Of a DNA stretch of 64,000 bases, positions 1-9,527 are shown piece after piece. Under the pieces are notes generated by a model. That model did not search any database and was not told the origin of the DNA. It saw nothing but the letters and a program-made list of their open reading frames with translations. Numbering within the stretch: the first letter of the stretch is position 1; every line of letters begins with the position of its first letter. The translations under genes were made by a program, and so were the position numbers. This DNA is from Bdellovibrionota bacterium (GTDB lineage Bacteria; Bdellovibrionota_C; UBA2361; JBGSMV01). The stretch spans positions 32,001 to 96,000 of the forward strand of contig JBGSMV010000031.1 in assembly GCA_041739995.1 (NCBI GenBank), in the 5' to 3' direction.

Positions 1-612
1 GCCCAAGGAGTTCAGGGCGTGCAAGGCGAAATCGGAGCCCAAGGCCCGACAGGACCCCAAGGACTACAAGGCGCAACTGGGGCACAAGGTGCCACTGGAC
101 CAGTCGGTCAAACAGGCAACACTGGTGCCCAAGGACCACAGGGAAATTCAGGGCCAGTTGGTCCCACTGGTGCTCGCGGTGAAAGCGCCTTCGATGTGAT
201 TCCGCAAAATCGAACCGTCTACGGAGTAATCGGATCAGACGTGAATGCTTCGTCTGCAAACTCGCAGTGGGGATTCTCAGAAAGCCTTCCTGCTGTGGCA
301 CCCGTGGCGTTCGCAAACGAGGCAGTGGTTGTTCGAAATAATCCTATAGTACAGAACGGATGTAGCGGTAACTGCTTGGCTGAAGAGGAAATAAACAACT
401 CAAATAACTGCACGGGAAGTGTAGAGTCCCCTACGGCTCCTCCTGGATGGTTGTGCGTGTACCCGGTATACGTACAAAATATTGCAGCTGGATCTATCCG
501 CGCCACTGCATTGCCAGCCGGTTCTAGCCGACACGGATTCTTCATCCGCTGGAAAGCTGCAGCGACTGGAACCAGCGGCATTCGTATGGTCTGGGCCTAC
601 ACCGCGCCGTAA
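1..612 (+). CDS. Collagen-like (Gly-X-Y repeat) protein, 5'-truncated by window edge, with Cys-containing C-terminal globular domain
   Basis: Frame open from base 1 ([18 protein letters not shown]...); uninterrupted G-X-Y triplets to ~nt 185; stop TAA 610-612 followed by a terminator. Confidence 0.85.
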   Translation, partial: AQGVQGVQGEIGAQGPTGPQGLQGATGAQGATGPVGQTGNTGAQGPQGNSGPVGPTGARGESAFDVIPQNRTVYGVIGSDVNASSANSQWGFSESLPAVAPVAFANEAVVVRNNPIVQNGCSGNCLAEEEINNSNNCTGSVESPTAPPGWLCVYPVYVQNIAAGSIRATALPAGSSRHGFFIRWKAAATGTSGIRMVWAYTAP

Positions 613-628
613 TGCTTGAAGATGTTAG

Positions 629-668
629 TGCCCCGCAGCAGAGCTTCTCTTCTGCGGGGCATTTTTTT
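629..668 (+). terminator. Rho-independent terminator
   Basis: TGCCCCGCAG(629-638)/CTGCGGGGCA(652-661) stem followed by T7. Confidence 0.85.
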
Positions 669-764
669 CCAATTCCCGAGGAACACGCCCACTTCAACAA
701 AAAGAGCTCCAGTGGCACAGAGAGCCCCAGTGAACCCTAGGTCGATGAGTTGATTCCGCCTTCG

Positions 765-2114
765 CTACCTAAGAATCTTCGCTGGCTGTTTTCCGTCGGA
801 AAATCGAATCGCCACCAAATCGTCAGCCGTTAATTGGTTCGCCGATTTCACCAAAACTCCATCCTTCTCTACCAGCGAGTACCCGCGCTCCAGCACTCGC
901 TTCGGGCTCGTGGCTTCGAATCGCTGCGCGAGGGATTCGAGTGCGTTTCTTGACTGCTCTTGGCTACGCCGTCCCGAGGCCGATAGCCGAGACTCCAGCA
1001 GTGCGACACGACCCGACAACTCTCTGAGTCTCTCAGGAGAGAGCGACGACGCCAATCGTCGTTTAAAGACCTCAAGCTTCTGGGCTAGCAACTTTATAAC
1101 TTCGGTCGGCTTTAGGGCTTTGAGATGAGCTTCTGCTGCTGAAAGCCGTAGTGCATACTGCTGCAAAACATTTGCCACTCGCTGATTGAGTCTTTCACCC
1201 AACTCATCAACCGCCTGAACCATCGGTGATAACCAGCGATCAACATCACCGAGACGACGAGAGTATTCTTCAATTTGACGTATCAACTCTTGACGCTGTG
1301 GCACCACCATCTCAGCCGCAGCCGTGGGGGTTGGTGCACGGAGGTCTGCAACCAAATCAGAAAGGCTTGTATCCACTTCATGGCCCACCGCCGATACAAT
1401 CGGTGTACGCGCGGCAAAAATAGCTCGTACCACTACTTCTTCGTTGAAGGCCCACAGATCTTCTAACGATCCCCCTCCTCTCCCGACAATAATCACGTCG
1501 CACAATCCTTGGGCGTCTAAAAATTTAATCCCCGCCGCAATATCTTCCGCAGCACCGGCCCCCTGCACTCGCACATCAACGAGATAAATGGGAATCTGCG
1601 GCATTCGCTCACCGAGCCGAACCGTGATGTCATGGATAGCCGCTCCTGACTGAGAGGTAATTACCCCTATGGCCTTCGGCAGAAACGGTAGCGGGCGTTT
1701 TCTTTCCTGAGCAAACAACCCTTCGCGTTCAAGTTTTAGCTTTAGTTCAAGAAACTTCTTTCTGAGTGCACCCTCGCCGGCCAGCTCAATTTTTTGCACT
1801 ACTATTTGGAGACGTCCACTTTTGCGGTAGACGTTGGGCCGCCCACGGCAACGGACCGCCAAACCGGCTGACAGGGGAAATGAAACTGCCTTGGCGGAGG
1901 AGGCCCACAAGACAATATCTATCTGAGAATCTTGATCTTGAATGCGCGCGTAGATGTGTCCGCTCGGAGGACGTTTAAGTTCAGCAAGCTCGCCCAAAAA
2001 AGTAATCGGCCCCACTTGCTGCTCAAGTGTGAAGTTAAGCAACTCGTTGACTTCTGATATGGTGTAGCAGCGATCCTGGGTCACCACGGTGGTATACCGA
2101 ACAAATCTTTCCAT
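765..2114 (-). CDS. xseA: Exodeoxyribonuclease VII large subunit
   Basis: N-terminal OB fold (SGHIY), IGVITSQSGAAIHDI, GRGGGSLEDLWAFNEE, SAVGHEVD, RAPTPTAAAE motifs. Confidence 0.97.
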   Translation of the reverse strand: MERFVRYTTVVTQDRCYTISEVNELLNFTLEQQVGPITFLGELAELKRPPSGHIYARIQDQDSQIDIVLWASSAKAVSFPLSAGLAVRCRGRPNVYRKSGRLQIVVQKIELAGEGALRKKFLELKLKLEREGLFAQERKRPLPFLPKAIGVITSQSGAAIHDITVRLGERMPQIPIYLVDVRVQGAGAAEDIAAGIKFLDAQGLCDVIIVGRGGGSLEDLWAFNEEVVVRAIFAARTPIVSAVGHEVDTSLSDLVADLRAPTPTAAAEMVVPQRQELIRQIEEYSRRLGDVDRWLSPMVQAVDELGERLNQRVANVLQQYALRLSAAEAHLKALKPTEVIKLLAQKLEVFKRRLASSLSPERLRELSGRVALLESRLSASGRRSQEQSRNALESLAQRFEATSPKRVLERGYSLVEKDGVLVKSANQLTADDLVAIRFSDGKQPAKILR

Positions 2115-2490
2115 TTATAGCGTCCTAAATTCTTATTACCGCGTTTCATCGGACGCGCTGTAAGAGATGCGTGGCAACTCTCCACCACCGAGGCTTTAGC
2201 TGCCGAGGAGTCTCCCTCTCGGCAGAAATCGTGGGCGATACACCACCAGTTGAAAAGTGGGGTAACTAGCTAAATTGTATGACAACTTAGAAAGCGCCGG
2301 GCAAACTGAAAGCCTCGATCCTTCGCCTCGAGTACAAGCATCATCTTCACTAAATGTTTCGCTCGAAGGAGGCCTGGATGCTCAGAAAGAGACGAACTGA
2401 CGCCTCAGTCGTGAGCAGGGAACAACCCCTCCCCGCATTTGTGGTGTAGAGTTAAGGTACCAAAGGCAAGACACTTCAATCTTCTTCCTC

Positions 2491-3585
2491 ATGCAAAATT
2501 CTCTCTCTATTCTTCCTCGCCCACTGCCCGGACCACCTCTACCCAGTGGCGATCAAAACAGCGCCCAGGGATCCGCGTCACCCAGCGAGGACCTCGTCGC
2601 CCCCTTCCGCCTAACAGCGCTCACAAGCAGACATTATTTCTATGTCTCTCGGCGGATCTGGGACTACATACTACTCTCATTGCCACTCGATCTGCTTTTG
2701 CTACTGCTTCCACACCTTCGACTTGAAATATACGAAACACCGCTATCTGATATTCGCCACTTCGGCCTATTGCTCGGCTCTCTCCTTTTTGTTGGAAGCA
2801 TTCTTCTCTGGGTGCTTCGTGATGCAATTCTCGACCTGCTGTTTGCATTGACTCATATACAACAGCGCCTGGCAGTCACGACGCTCTGGCCAGTCCTTGC
2901 CCTCATTGGGATCGTGGCGGTCACTACTCTGCTTGAGCTTGCCTCTCACTTTTCAGAAATTAACCTCACCAGTGTGGTAGTCACTATATTGGTGTTGTTT
3001 GGTACCGTGAGCTCGATCCTGAAAGCAGCGCGAGAACGGCGCTCGCAGGCCACTGAACTATCTCGAGATCGGACCGGGAAGATCGAGCAAGCGAATCAAA
3101 TAATGGGCACCCTAAGCCTGTTGCCCATGGGATTTACGCGCCTTGCATCGTTGATTTTAGTACTCACGCTGGTCACTACCAATTCCAGCTTTTTTGAAGT
3201 TCTTTTCGCAGCCGGCAGCGCCGGCATTTTGCTCCTTGCTTTCAAGCCGACCTTTGAACAATTTACCTTCGCGTGCGCTCGCTGCGGAATACTTACCTCT
3301 CGCGCGTTGAAAGCTGGCTCATTTTGTCCGATGTGTCTTATGGCACGCCGCAGCGAAGGGCCGCTCTATGTCTCCGACAAGGATCCACTATCGCTTCGAC
3401 TGCTACGAAAGGCCGAGAAACTTTCAGAGTTGGCCGAGAAAGCAAGCGAGCTTTCGCCTAACAATTCGCAGGAGAATTCGAAGGATTCGCCCTTGGTCAC
3501 CCTTAGCAAAACGATCTTGAGCCGTCTGAATTCAAGGACGCAAAACTTCGCTCGCCGCTCAGTTTCTCCAAAGCCCAAGCGATAG
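2491..3585 (+). CDS. Hypothetical multi-pass membrane protein with a C-terminal Zn-ribbon-like motif
   Basis: 364-aa ORF, about six hydrophobic segments, CARC...CPMC. Confidence 0.6.
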   Translation: MQNSLSILPRPLPGPPLPSGDQNSAQGSASPSEDLVAPFRLTALTSRHYFYVSRRIWDYILLSLPLDLLLLLLPHLRLEIYETPLSDIRHFGLLLGSLLFVGSILLWVLRDAILDLLFALTHIQQRLAVTTLWPVLALIGIVAVTTLLELASHFSEINLTSVVVTILVLFGTVSSILKAARERRSQATELSRDRTGKIEQANQIMGTLSLLPMGFTRLASLILVLTLVTTNSSFFEVLFAAGSAGILLLAFKPTFEQFTFACARCGILTSRALKAGSFCPMCLMARRSEGPLYVSDKDPLSLRLLRKAEKLSELAEKASELSPNNSQENSKDSPLVTLSKTILSRLNSRTQNFARRSVSPKPKR

Positions 3586-6423
3586 GATGTTGGCAAGTTT
3601 CGAAAAGAAGCTTCTCCCGGATCGCACCTGACCAACGCCATCAGGACTCGCTGCGACTTCGACGCCATTCTTGGAATCTCGTGTCGGTGTCGATTGATTT
3701 CCACCGTTTTGTCCTGGCCCAGAAGTAATCGAGGGACGGCTCACCACTACGGAACTTTGAAGCGTGCCCTGAGAGGAAAAAAGCATAAGCTTCGCTGCGA
3801 CAATCTGCGCACTTGGAGTCTTGCCTTGGCGCCGTTCTAGTTCGGTCGCTGGTTCGCTCGCACTGCCTCTTAGAGACTGGGCGCCGAGCCGTACCGTATC
3901 GTCTACTGCCCCCATGCTAAAACCTGCGATTCCAAGACCTTTCGCCCCAGGAAATGTCGGATTTCTGTCTGCAGAATGCCCATCAACCAATTCCCGATTG
4001 ATTTCGACTGAACCTTGAATCTGCGTCCAGAAAGGAACCTGAGTAGCTTGTCCCGCCAAGATTTCTGGCATCTGTAAAGGAACGACAGTGCCGGGCAACC
4101 AGTCGTTCTTCATTCTGACTGAAAGATCCGCTCCCGCAGAAGGAGTTTGAAGGTGTGGTTGGCTCACCGGCTCGCCCGAGGCATCAAAGAATTCCACGTA
4201 GAGTACCGGCTGAGATGGTTGCGCGTGAAATATAGTCGGGACATCGACATGAAACTCAAGGCACTCTTCGCCACGTATTCCAGGAGGATGCCACTTCACT
4301 TCAACCAGGCGCACCTCTTGTTGATCTCGCTCAACTCCTCCTGTGTTCAACGGGAGCGCTTGTGCGGGGCGCTCACGAAACGACGAGGTTTCACTCAAGC
4401 TAAATTCCGAAGACTTTCGCAGCAGAACCTCTCCCTCTAAGGATCGAATTTCAAGCGCAGCCGAGAGCTTAAGCGGAAAGACGCGAGTGCGAGGTAGCAC
4501 ATCGAGTAGCTGCCCTTCGGGAAACCTAAAGACCAACAAGCCAGAACTTCCTGCTTCGCCAAGAACAGCACAAAGCGTGGTTTCACGAAGTAACAATCCG
4601 TCCTCTGCACAAAGGCCGGCGGTCACCGAAAGAGCCGCATGCGTTCGCTGCGGATGGCGAAGCTCGATCGCTACCCGAATGTGCCGATCCCCATTCGGAG
4701 TAAGGTTAGAAACTCCCGATTTTGCTTCAAAATGGTGCAGGACTATGGCACTCAATTGCTCATCGACGCTTATGGATGAGGGTATTTTCTCGACCTCCGC
4801 AGACTCCGAAGTGCGAGGACTCGCTTCTGACGAATTCAAGTTAAGGGGCAAAGCCAGCGGATGAATGGTCCCACACAACACCTTTCCGTCGCTGGCGACC
4901 ATAACCACTTCAGCATAGGTAGTGCTCTGACTATTCACTTCGCTTATGTCTAGTTCAGTAAGCGGCACTCGAAGTTCCAGATCTTTCCAAGTGCTTAGTG
5001 GTCTCGCCAAACTTAGCTCATCACGCCAAACGAACGTTCCGCGATTATCTCTTACGCGGGTATTGGCGAAACTTCGAGCAGGAAGTGGAGACCCCTGCTC
5101 ATCAATAACTCTAAATTCCAAACGCGCTGCGGCACACACTCCTGCCCTGCCAAGCGCAGGCTCGGCTTCCAAAGATCCCGAACCGATATCAAAACTCACT
5201 AGGGCAACCGCGCCATCACTTCGACCAAGACTCGCTCGACATACCGCCCGTTTCAACTTGATCGATGCACCAGTTTCAAGATCTGTCTCTGCATAACCCA
5301 GAAACTGAGGTGCCGGGGCTCCTTCTCTAGGCAAACGATCAGATTTAGACGAGCGCGAGGGACCGCGATGCGACTTCGGAATCCCGGCTTGCTCCAACAC
5401 GGCCTGTTGCGCGACCAAAAATCCGTGTTCATCAAACAATCCCAGGCACAGTTCAATTTCCCGATTGCCATAGGGCAGGTCGAGAGCACGGTAAGGCACG
5501 AAGAGCTCAACCATGTCGAAAAACTTACGCTGCGCAGGGCTACGCAAAGGCACAAACACTGAGAAAGGAGGAGCGCCTGCTGTGCTTGATTCGACATTCT
5601 CGGATCCCTCGTCCCAAGATTCAGACTCAGCCGAAACAAACTCGTCTACCCACTGCTCAAATCCGGGTCGCGCAAAAACTCGATCCCCCTCATGCCTCAC
5701 GTGCAGACGAACCCACATCGACTGACTCACTCGCCCTCGGAGAAATACCCCTGCACTCACTCGAAAGCCGGAGAGACCAGCCCATTGAACATCGTGCGTC
5801 ACGCGTAGATTGAACAGAGCGTCTTGATCGTCATCGACCAAAAGTCTTGGCGAATTAGAGTTGTCGAGTTCCTCAAAATCAAAGGAATCATTTGTGGATC
5901 TACCGATCGTCCAAGCCGAATCCCGCAATGCCGCTAGGCTATGCTGCCGACGAATCCACCAAGCCAAAAATCCGTCCAGATCGCGACGTGCTCCTGCAAG
6001 ATCAGAGAATTTACCTAAGGGTTGCGCAGAGTTTAGAGTACTGGTCGCATCTTCAATGAGACGCTCGAGCGATCGTTCAACCTCACGCTCCATACAGAGC
6101 CGACGCTTCATTTCCCTAAGTGCATCGTCCAGCCGGGGGGTCCCATACTCGACAACGAAAAACTGCCTAAAACAATGCGCTACCCGCGCAGCAAGCGCAT
6201 GAGCAGTCTCGGTACTCAAGGAGGCATGGGAAAATTGAAGTGCGAGCGAAGCGGTCCGTTCGCGCCAAGACCTCTCCCCCAACGCGGGAGACCAATAGTG
6301 GCGCAAGCTCTGACCCTGCTCAGCCGTGGTAAGGTCGGACGACGCTGAAATTAGATGAGGGAGTGTGTCCTTCTGGCGCTCAGGCGGATCGGGTAAGGTT
6401 TCCAGTTCTGTGGCCGCACTCAT
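3559..6423 (-). CDS. Large hypothetical protein with probable repeated beta-sandwich domains
   Basis: 954-aa ORF; no recognisable family motif; internal similarity between segments. Confidence 0.7.
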   Translation of the reverse strand: MSAATELETLPDPPERQKDTLPHLISASSDLTTAEQGQSLRHYWSPALGERSWRERTASLALQFSHASLSTETAHALAARVAHCFRQFFVVEYGTPRLDDALREMKRRLCMEREVERSLERLIEDATSTLNSAQPLGKFSDLAGARRDLDGFLAWWIRRQHSLAALRDSAWTIGRSTNDSFDFEELDNSNSPRLLVDDDQDALFNLRVTHDVQWAGLSGFRVSAGVFLRGRVSQSMWVRLHVRHEGDRVFARPGFEQWVDEFVSAESESWDEGSENVESSTAGAPPFSVFVPLRSPAQRKFFDMVELFVPYRALDLPYGNREIELCLGLFDEHGFLVAQQAVLEQAGIPKSHRGPSRSSKSDRLPREGAPAPQFLGYAETDLETGASIKLKRAVCRASLGRSDGAVALVSFDIGSGSLEAEPALGRAGVCAAARLEFRVIDEQGSPLPARSFANTRVRDNRGTFVWRDELSLARPLSTWKDLELRVPLTELDISEVNSQSTTYAEVVMVASDGKVLCGTIHPLALPLNLNSSEASPRTSESAEVEKIPSSISVDEQLSAIVLHHFEAKSGVSNLTPNGDRHIRVAIELRHPQRTHAALSVTAGLCAEDGLLLRETTLCAVLGEAGSSGLLVFRFPEGQLLDVLPRTRVFPLKLSAALEIRSLEGEVLLRKSSEFSLSETSSFRERPAQALPLNTGGVERDQQEVRLVEVKWHPPGIRGEECLEFHVDVPTIFHAQPSQPVLYVEFFDASGEPVSQPHLQTPSAGADLSVRMKNDWLPGTVVPLQMPEILAGQATQVPFWTQIQGSVEINRELVDGHSADRNPTFPGAKGLGIAGFSMGAVDDTVRLGAQSLRGSASEPATELERRQGKTPSAQIVAAKLMLFSSQGTLQSSVVVSRPSITSGPGQNGGNQSTPTRDSKNGVEVAASPDGVGQVRSGRSFFSKLANILSLGLWRN

Positions 6424-6463
6424 CTTCGCACCTTGCTCTTCAAATTCTCAGTCACCACGGCTT

Positions 6464-6503
6464 AATCACAACTGCCCAATCACAAGTGCCCAATCACAAG
6501 TGC
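6464..6503 (+). repeat. 14-bp tandem repeat, about 3 copies (AATCACAAGTGCCC)
   Basis: AATCACAACTGCCC AATCACAAGTGCCC AATCACAAGTGC. Confidence 0.85.
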
Positions 6504-6763
6504 GTCGACTCCGGGTAGCAATGCGGGGAAATAATATTGTAGGCCTAGCGATTTGAGTCCGCAAAGGCCGCGGGTAAAGCTCCCGCCGCCCGTCGTTAAA
6601 AACATCAGTATCAAGAAGCCGCTTGGGACCCCAGCACCAACGGCGACGTGAGCGCCCTCATAGACTGATATAGACCGCCCTGAAACGTCGCAAAAGCCTC
6701 AAACATCGCAATAACTCACTGGTCCCATTTGAAAAAGCACCCCCTCTCGTCTATACACTGGCT

Positions 6764-8200
6764 ATGGCGACCGAGATGAAAATGCCCCAACTGAGCGACA
6801 CCATGGACAAGGGAAAGATCCTTGGGTGGCGTAAAAAAGAAGGGGACCAGGTTGCTCGGGGAGATATCCTTGCCGAGGTCGAAACCGACAAGGCCAATCT
6901 AGAAATTGAATGTTTCACCGCCGGTGTTTTGTTAAAGATTCTTGTTCCCGCCGGCTCCACAGCAGTAGTTGGGGAGACGATCGCAGTCGTGGGGCAACCC
7001 GGAGATAGCGTCGACATCTCTAGTTCAAGCAACGGGGCACAGGCTTCCAGGGGAACCGCAGCAAGCACTCCCCCTGCCGCAGCTCCAAGCGCGTCTCCAT
7101 TGGCATCGTCCGGGGCGGCGGCATCATCCGGGGCTGCTATGCCACCATCCGCTCCCTCACCCTCCACTCCCCCACCACCCACTCACTCACCTACTCCGTC
7201 GCCGAGTAGCAATGCGTTTAGTGCTGGTTCGAGCGGGGCTCATGATCGAGTCCGCGCTTCACCCCTGGCCAAAAAACTTGCCGAACAGCACTCCATAAGC
7301 CTTTTCGGTGTCTCGGGATCTGGTCCTGACGGGAGGATCGTAAAGCGAGATATCGAGGATCGATTGCAAAACTCGAGCGGTAATTCTTCGGGCAGTAATC
7401 CTGGAGTAAGAAGCGATTCGCAGACCAGTAGTCCAAGGAACACCGACACGCTCAATGTCCCTACATCCAATGTCCGCCCGTCCAGCAATGATAGCGTGGC
7501 TAAATCTGGAGGCGTTTCTGCTGCTCGCAGCTACCCGCTTTCCAAGATGCGAGAGACCATCGCGCGACGCATGCAAGAGAGCGTAACTCAGGCACCACAC
7601 TTCTATGTCACCACCGCGGTGAACATGGAACAGTCCCTCATTCTTCGAGAAGCCCTCAAGCCGGTACCAGAATATAAAGGCATAAGCGTAAACCATTTAG
7701 TACTTAAGGCCTGCGCCTACGCCCTCGCCAGAGAGCCGCGAGTAAACCGATCACTTCGTGACGGCTTAGTGTACGAGCCTGGCGAGATCAATATCGGTAT
7801 TATAACCGCCATAGAAGATGGACTTCTCATCCCTGTAGTCCGCAATGCAGATACCCTCCCCTTAAAAGATGTCGTTTTTGAAGCGCGCGCAGCAATCGAA
7901 CGTGCCCGCGCGGGACGCCCCACGTCATCCGATCTTATGGGCGGAACTTTTTCAATTTCAAATATGGGCATGTTCGACGTGGAGAACTTCACTGCCATTA
8001 TCAACCCCGGGCAAGGCGGGGTCATTGCGGTTAGTGCAGTGCGCGACCAGCCCATCGTACGCGATGGCCAAATAGCTATCGGAAAGCAGATGAAAGTTAC
8101 TTTATCGGTCGATCATCGCGTAATCGATGGCATCATGGCCGCACAATGGTTGAAGCACTTCAAAGAAGCACTTGAAATTCCCGCACTAATGATGGCCTAA
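6764..8200 (+). CDS. pdhC: Pyruvate dehydrogenase E2, dihydrolipoamide acetyltransferase
   Basis: Lipoyl domain VETDKA, Ala/Pro/Ser linker, E3-binding RASPLAKKLA...GSGPDGRI, catalytic DHRVIDG. Confidence 0.93.
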   Translation: MATEMKMPQLSDTMDKGKILGWRKKEGDQVARGDILAEVETDKANLEIECFTAGVLLKILVPAGSTAVVGETIAVVGQPGDSVDISSSSNGAQASRGTAASTPPAAAPSASPLASSGAAASSGAAMPPSAPSPSTPPPPTHSPTPSPSSNAFSAGSSGAHDRVRASPLAKKLAEQHSISLFGVSGSGPDGRIVKRDIEDRLQNSSGNSSGSNPGVRSDSQTSSPRNTDTLNVPTSNVRPSSNDSVAKSGGVSAARSYPLSKMRETIARRMQESVTQAPHFYVTTAVNMEQSLILREALKPVPEYKGISVNHLVLKACAYALAREPRVNRSLRDGLVYEPGEINIGIITAIEDGLLIPVVRNADTLPLKDVVFEARAAIERARAGRPTSSDLMGGTFSISNMGMFDVENFTAIINPGQGGVIAVSAVRDQPIVRDGQIAIGKQMKVTLSVDHRVIDGIMAAQWLKHFKEALEIPALMMA

Positions 8201-8201
8201 G

Positions 8202-9182
8202 ATGGACACACGAGAACTTAGTTCAACTCAATCAGCACTCGCCTCTGCTACACTGGACTCGACTGCATCGCTGGTTGATTTGCCACGCGCGCGCGGAGAG
8301 CGCATCCCAAAACCCTCGTGGCTTAAGGCGCGAGCGCCCGGGTCGCCTGAGTATCTTGAAACCAAGGAAATCGTAAAGCGCCTGAAACTTCACACCGTTT
8401 GCGAAGAGGCGCGCTGTCCAAATATCGGCGAGTGCTGGTCACACAGCACTGCCACTTTCATGATCATGGGCGACCTGTGCACTCGCAAATGTCACTTTTG
8501 CTCAGTCAAGAAAGGCACCTCCGATGCGGGCCTTGAGAACTCTCTGGTAGCCCTTGACCCGCTCGAGCCAGAGCGAGTTGGTGTAGCGGTGGGAGAATTG
8601 CACCTAAAACACGCCGTGATTACGTCTGTCGATCGTGATGACGTCTCAGACAACGGCGCTTCTCACTTCTCTAAAACTGTGGCTTCAGTTCGCCGCCATG
8701 CGCCCGAATGCAAAATTGAGCTTTTGATTCCTGACCTCAAAGGGTCTCAGCGAGATCTTCAGACCATAGTAAAGACCGGAATCGATGTCTTAAATCACAA
8801 CGTCGAGACGGTGCCACGACTGTACAAAAAAGTTCGCCCTGGTGCGGGCTACATTCGGTCACTTTCAATTCTGCGCTGGGCAAAAGAGACCAACCCAAAA
8901 TTAAAAACGAAATCCGGGATTATGGTCGGCCTTGGTGAGACCCCCGAAGAAGTACACTCGCTCATGGACGATCTGCGTGATGCCCAAGTAGATATCATGA
9001 CCATAGGTCAGTACTTACGCCCCAGCGAAAGGCAACTCCCCGTTCGAGAGTTCGTTACGCCTGAGCAATTCAAGAGTTACCAAGAGATTGGTCTGGCGAA
9101 GGGATTTCTTTTCGTTGAATCAGGCCCACTGGTAAGAAGCTCCTACCATGCTTGGAAGCATACGGTGGCCTCCCCGACCTAG
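8202..9182 (+). CDS. lipA: Lipoyl synthase
   Basis: CEEARCPNIGEC, radical-SAM CTRKCHFC and C-terminal RSSY; starts 1 nt after the pdhC stop. Confidence 0.97.
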   Translation: MDTRELSSTQSALASATLDSTASLVDLPRARGERIPKPSWLKARAPGSPEYLETKEIVKRLKLHTVCEEARCPNIGECWSHSTATFMIMGDLCTRKCHFCSVKKGTSDAGLENSLVALDPLEPERVGVAVGELHLKHAVITSVDRDDVSDNGASHFSKTVASVRRHAPECKIELLIPDLKGSQRDLQTIVKTGIDVLNHNVETVPRLYKKVRPGAGYIRSLSILRWAKETNPKLKTKSGIMVGLGETPEEVHSLMDDLRDAQVDIMTIGQYLRPSERQLPVREFVTPEQFKSYQEIGLAKGFLFVESGPLVRSSYHAWKHTVASPT

Positions 9183-9320
9183 TGTGCTGGGTTAGAAGTC
9201 GCTTACGCATCTTTCTCTCTGTTCTCGCCGAACTTCTTGTGTAATTCGTTAAATATATTCACAAAGAGCTCAGCGAGCGCGGCGAGAATTATTTATTAAA
9301 CCCTTAACTCAGGACACTGG
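9179..9320. mobile_element. MITE-like palindromic repeat, family A copy 1
   Basis: CTAGTGTGCTGGGTTAGAAGT...AACCCTTAACTCAGGACACTGG ends with an internal long hairpin; homologous to 32887, 40140 and 44622. Confidence 0.75.
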
Positions 9321-9327
9321 CAGGCTG

Positions 9328-9368
9328 GTGACTCTGCAACCGTGACTCTGCAGCCGTGACTCCGCCCC
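9328..9368 (+). repeat. 14-bp tandem repeat, about 3 copies (GTGACTCTGCARCC)
   Basis: GTGACTCTGCAACC GTGACTCTGCAGCC GTGACTCCGCCCC. Confidence 0.8.
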
Positions 9369-9527
9369 TGTGCCCCTGTCCCATCGCCACAAGAAAACTG
9401 CCCAAATGCCATTTCCAAGCTCTTAACTCGACTCTTCCCGAGCAGCTGGGCGGGGGCTCGCCAGCGCTGATACTTTCCAATAGAATCGAGAACTTACGAT
9501 TTTAAACTCGACTGAAGATATCCTTTA

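Noticed and set aside
2200..2225. Hairpin CTGCCGAG/CTCGGCAG between xseA and the next gene
   Set aside because: Single hairpin without U-tract or further copies; function cannot be supported
6550..6600. c-di-GMP-I riboswitch-like CGCAAAGGCC upstream of pdhC
   Set aside because: The upstream GGCAAA(C) half and P2 stem are missing
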